NCBI GenBank assembly: GCA_004431415.1
Contig: QPMI01000593.1
Span: 124,001 to 188,000 of the forward strand
Direction: 5' to 3'
DNA length: 64,000 nt
Source: Cyanophora paradoxa CCMP329
Lineage: Eukaryota; Plantae; Glaucophyta
In this document: one piece after another, positions 61,401 through 64,000 of the stretch
How the letters are laid out: each line of letters starts with the position of its first letter
Position numbering within the stretch: the stretch's first letter is position 1
Made by a program: the position numbers and the translations under genes
The notes under the pieces: model-generated
The model's database searches: none
What the model saw: only the letters and a program-made list of their open reading frames with translations
Told to the model about the DNA's origin: nothing

Positions 61401-63066
61401 CCCCGCTCCCGCTCCGGCTCGGAGTCGGGCGGGAGGGCGCGCAGCGCCTCGCGCAGCGCGGGGAGCGTGTCGGGCCCGGCCACGACGAAGGGCGGCTTGC
61501 TGCCCGGCGGCGGCGAGCCGACCGGCGGGAGCGGCTGCGGCGGCGACGACGAGGACGAGGCCCCCGCCGGAGAAGCGACGGCGGGGCTGGGCGGGAGGGG
61601 AGGGAGGGGCGGGAGGCGGGGGCTGAGGGGCGTCAGCAAGGACGCGACCCGCGGGGGCGACGTGGGCGGGGCCTTGGCGGGGACGACGGCGGAGCGGGGG
61701 AGGTACGCGAAGAGCGACTCGCAGCAGGCGACGTCGCCCGGCTGGCAGGAGCCCAGCGCGTCGCTGGCCTCCTGCAGGGCCGCCCCGTGGATGAAGTAGA
61801 CCATGCGGCCGGGCACGGGGTCCCCGCTCTCGTTCACCAGCGCCGCGTCGATGCTGCCGGCCCCCGCGCGCGCCGCGAAGGCGGCGACGCGCTCCGCGGC
61901 GCTCTCGCCGGCCGCCGCCGCCGCCGCCGCGCCCCACGCCACCGACTGCCGCCGGGCCGACGCCGAGGCCTGCCCAGCCACGTCCCACACGCCACCGCGG
62001 CGCGCCCGCGCGGCGCGGGCCGAGTGCGGCGCGCGGCGGCCGCCCTCTCCGATGCCGCAGAGGTACTGGCGGAAGGCGCCGGCGGCGAGGGCGATGCGGA
62101 GGCGGATGCCGTAGCTCGCCTGCAGCTCGCGCTGGAAGCACTCCTGCACCTTGAGGGAGCACTCGACGGCCGCGGCCGCGCGGCGCGCCATCGCCGCCGC
62201 GTCGAGGGCCCTGTCCTCCCGCGCCTCCGCCTCCTCGTCCCACGTGCGCTCCTCCCCGTCGTCCGCCTCCGCCGCCTCCAGGCCGGCCTCCTCGCGCAGC
62301 GCGCGCAGCCGCCGCCGACGCCGCCGCCGCGCGCGCTGCCGCCTCGCCAGCTCCTCGGCGCTCAGCTCGTCATCGTCGTCGTCCCCTTCGGGCTCCTCGT
62401 TGGGCTCCAGCGGCCAGAGCACCAGCAGGCCGTCCCCTGCGAGCGTGCGCGCGCGCCCGGCTCAGCGCGCTCCCACCGGCCGCCGCGGGGGCGGGGGGCT
62501 CGCGAACCCATGAACTGTCGGCGGGGCGCGACGCGGGCGGGGCGCGAAGGGACGCGGCGTTAGACGCAGCGGGCGCGGCGAGTTAGCGGCTCAAGGCGCG
62601 TAGGGCGCACCGATAGGACCTCTCCGCCATACTCTGCGGGCGGGCGGGTCAGCGGGCGCGAGGGCGCGCGGCGCGCGGCGGCGGCGCTGGGTGGGGCGAG
62701 GCGGCCGCGGCTTGCCTTGCACGAGGACGATCTCCTTGCAGAAGCACTTGTTGATGATGTCGCAGAGGACCTCGATGTCGCTCTCGCCCCCGTTGTACTG
62801 CTCGCAGAGGGCCGAGAAGCCCGAGAGGTCGAGCACGCTGCGGGATTTGCGGCGCATCATGCCGTCAGCCGCGGCCAGGGGCCAACGCTGGGCAAGTCAG
62901 CCCTCGCTCGCGCACCCCAACACTCCAAGCACAACCGGGGTCGCCGGGCGGCCCGCGCAGTGCTTCACCACCGTCCTGATAGAATTGAGGCCAACGCCCA
63001 GTCAGTGCAAGGCGCAGGCAGGTTAGGAAACGGCCAGACGGACCCCGGGACGAATTTGCTGTGCAT
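54098..63066 (-). CDS. ADCY10/soluble adenylyl cyclase-like protein with apparently intact cyclase motifs + STAND NTPase + helical C-terminus (both ends approximate)
   Basis: VLDLSGFSALCE, YGGEVL..GDGLLVLW; HEGSLRQILVDDKGTVFIGVFGL, HEDDPVR, IGCTTGLVYC, RCEFSVFG/VNTAARLM, LTLKG; IIEGDS/GMGKS; LLALEDMH; TSGVPFL; ARMDRLSPSQLLTLKLAAVVG. Confidence 0.88.
57604..57659 (-). repeat. Intronic (CTGAT)n-like pentamer repeat
   Basis: The minus strand reads agatctgatctgatctgatctgatccgatctgatccgatctgatgcgatctgagcag. Confidence 0.85.
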
Positions 63067-63858
63067 CGTGCTGCGCCCCTCTTGGGCTGCTATCAGCTAT
63101 CCAGGAGGCATCTCCATGTGGCTGAACGAGCTGGGCTGCTTCGCCCCCGCTAACCGGCAATAGCTTCAATGGGGGTACCGGGACTTAAAGGTTGCGAAGC
63201 GGCGCCATTCACAACTTGTGGCCCAAGTTGTGGGCGCCCCGCGGCCGCGGTCTTCGCTCAGCACATTTGTCAGATGCGGCGCTAGCGCCAGCAGAGCATA
63301 GCTTCTCGCACCGACCGACTCGGCCGGCGCCCAAGCCGAAAAGGTGCTGGAGGTAAGCGTGACTCACGGGGTAGACCCTCAGCTCGATCCACGTTGCAGT
63401 ACTCTTATCGTCGACGTCCCATTTCCAGCGCGCGAGAGCGGCAACAGTACTAGCAGCCGCCAGCAGTCGTACATCACAGCGCGCCCGCCACCCGCGCGCG
63501 CAGACAAGCTTACCCGCTGTGCCCAAAGAAGCTTCGGGCGGGCAAAGTTCCGCGCACGGCCGCGGCCGCAGCGAGTTGCGCCAGAGAATCAGCTACATAG
63601 TACAATCAATCAGCTCCTGACTCCGCGCCCGGCTGCGGCGGGCGCGGCGAGATGGCCACTGCCGCCGATGCCTCCAAAGCCATGCATGTGGAGGGCGGCA
63701 TCAGCCGGGTGCGTGGCACTCATCGTTCATTCCTTTCTGCTTCTAATCGCCACCATCATGGCTCCATCGCCCGCAGAAAGAGGACAAGGTGCCTCGCTTT
63801 CAAGTTTCCCGTGAACACCAGAGCCCGCCTTCTGACAGCGCGCCTTCCGTCGGCAGTT

Positions 63859-64000
63859 ATGGCGCTTCGTGTTCAGTTTACAGCAGGCGCTCACGGAAAT
63901 CACGACGAAGAACTACAAGGTGCGGCGCCCGCCGCCGCGGCTTGGCGCCCGCGACAGCGTTCGAACCGGACGGCCGCCGCGCGCGCGCAGAACCGGAGGG
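63859..64000 (+). CDS. 5' end of a gene running off the window; weakly resembles the CNOT1/Not1 N-terminus
   Basis: MALRVQLQQALTEITTKNYK, then an intron gtgcgg...gcgcag, then NRR; recalls the Not1 stretch LVDNLTKKNY from memory only. Confidence 0.35.
   Translation, partial: MALRVQFTAGAHGNHDEELQGAAPAAAAWRPRQRSNRTAAARAQNRR

Noticed and set aside
1-64000. CRISPR arrays, rRNA, prokaryotic operons or intact transposase/RT genes
   Set aside because: No repeat-spacer arrays or such motifs were seen; the sequence is intron-rich eukaryotic DNA

Overview
This is very GC-rich eukaryotic nuclear DNA with many short (~60-130 nt) GT-AG and GC-AG introns and CTGAC/CTRAY branch points. The long ORFs in the supplied track are mostly GC artefacts, so genes were rebuilt by eye from exon fragments. 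Two genes have N-terminal extensions starting with a Phe motif (MEAAFV, MTAFT), as in glaucophyte/red-algal plastid transit peptides. This suggests a Cyanophora-like alga (inference). Recognisable genes: a Pi-like glutathione S-transferase, two ADCY10/sAC-like cyclase-STAND-TPR proteins (one with degenerate catalytic motifs), a mitochondrial thiamine-pyrophosphate carrier, a bestrophin, an ankyrin/coiled-coil protein, NUDT1/MTH1, 6-phosphogluconolactonase, an omega-3 desaturase, a PolX/pol-beta-like nucleotidyltransferase, an NSD-type PHD-C5HCH protein and several unknowns. Three unexplained structures stand out. (1) A ~10 kb block is bracketed by ~720 bp inverted repeats, each carrying two outward-facing identical tRNA-Asn(GTT) genes. 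(2) The 11-mer GACCGTCGGAC was found six times, all in long intergenic tracts. (3) One protein is built from about 40 copies of a 9-residue hydrophobic proline repeat. Gene ends are approximate, and several apparent frameshifts in G/C runs may be sequencing errors.
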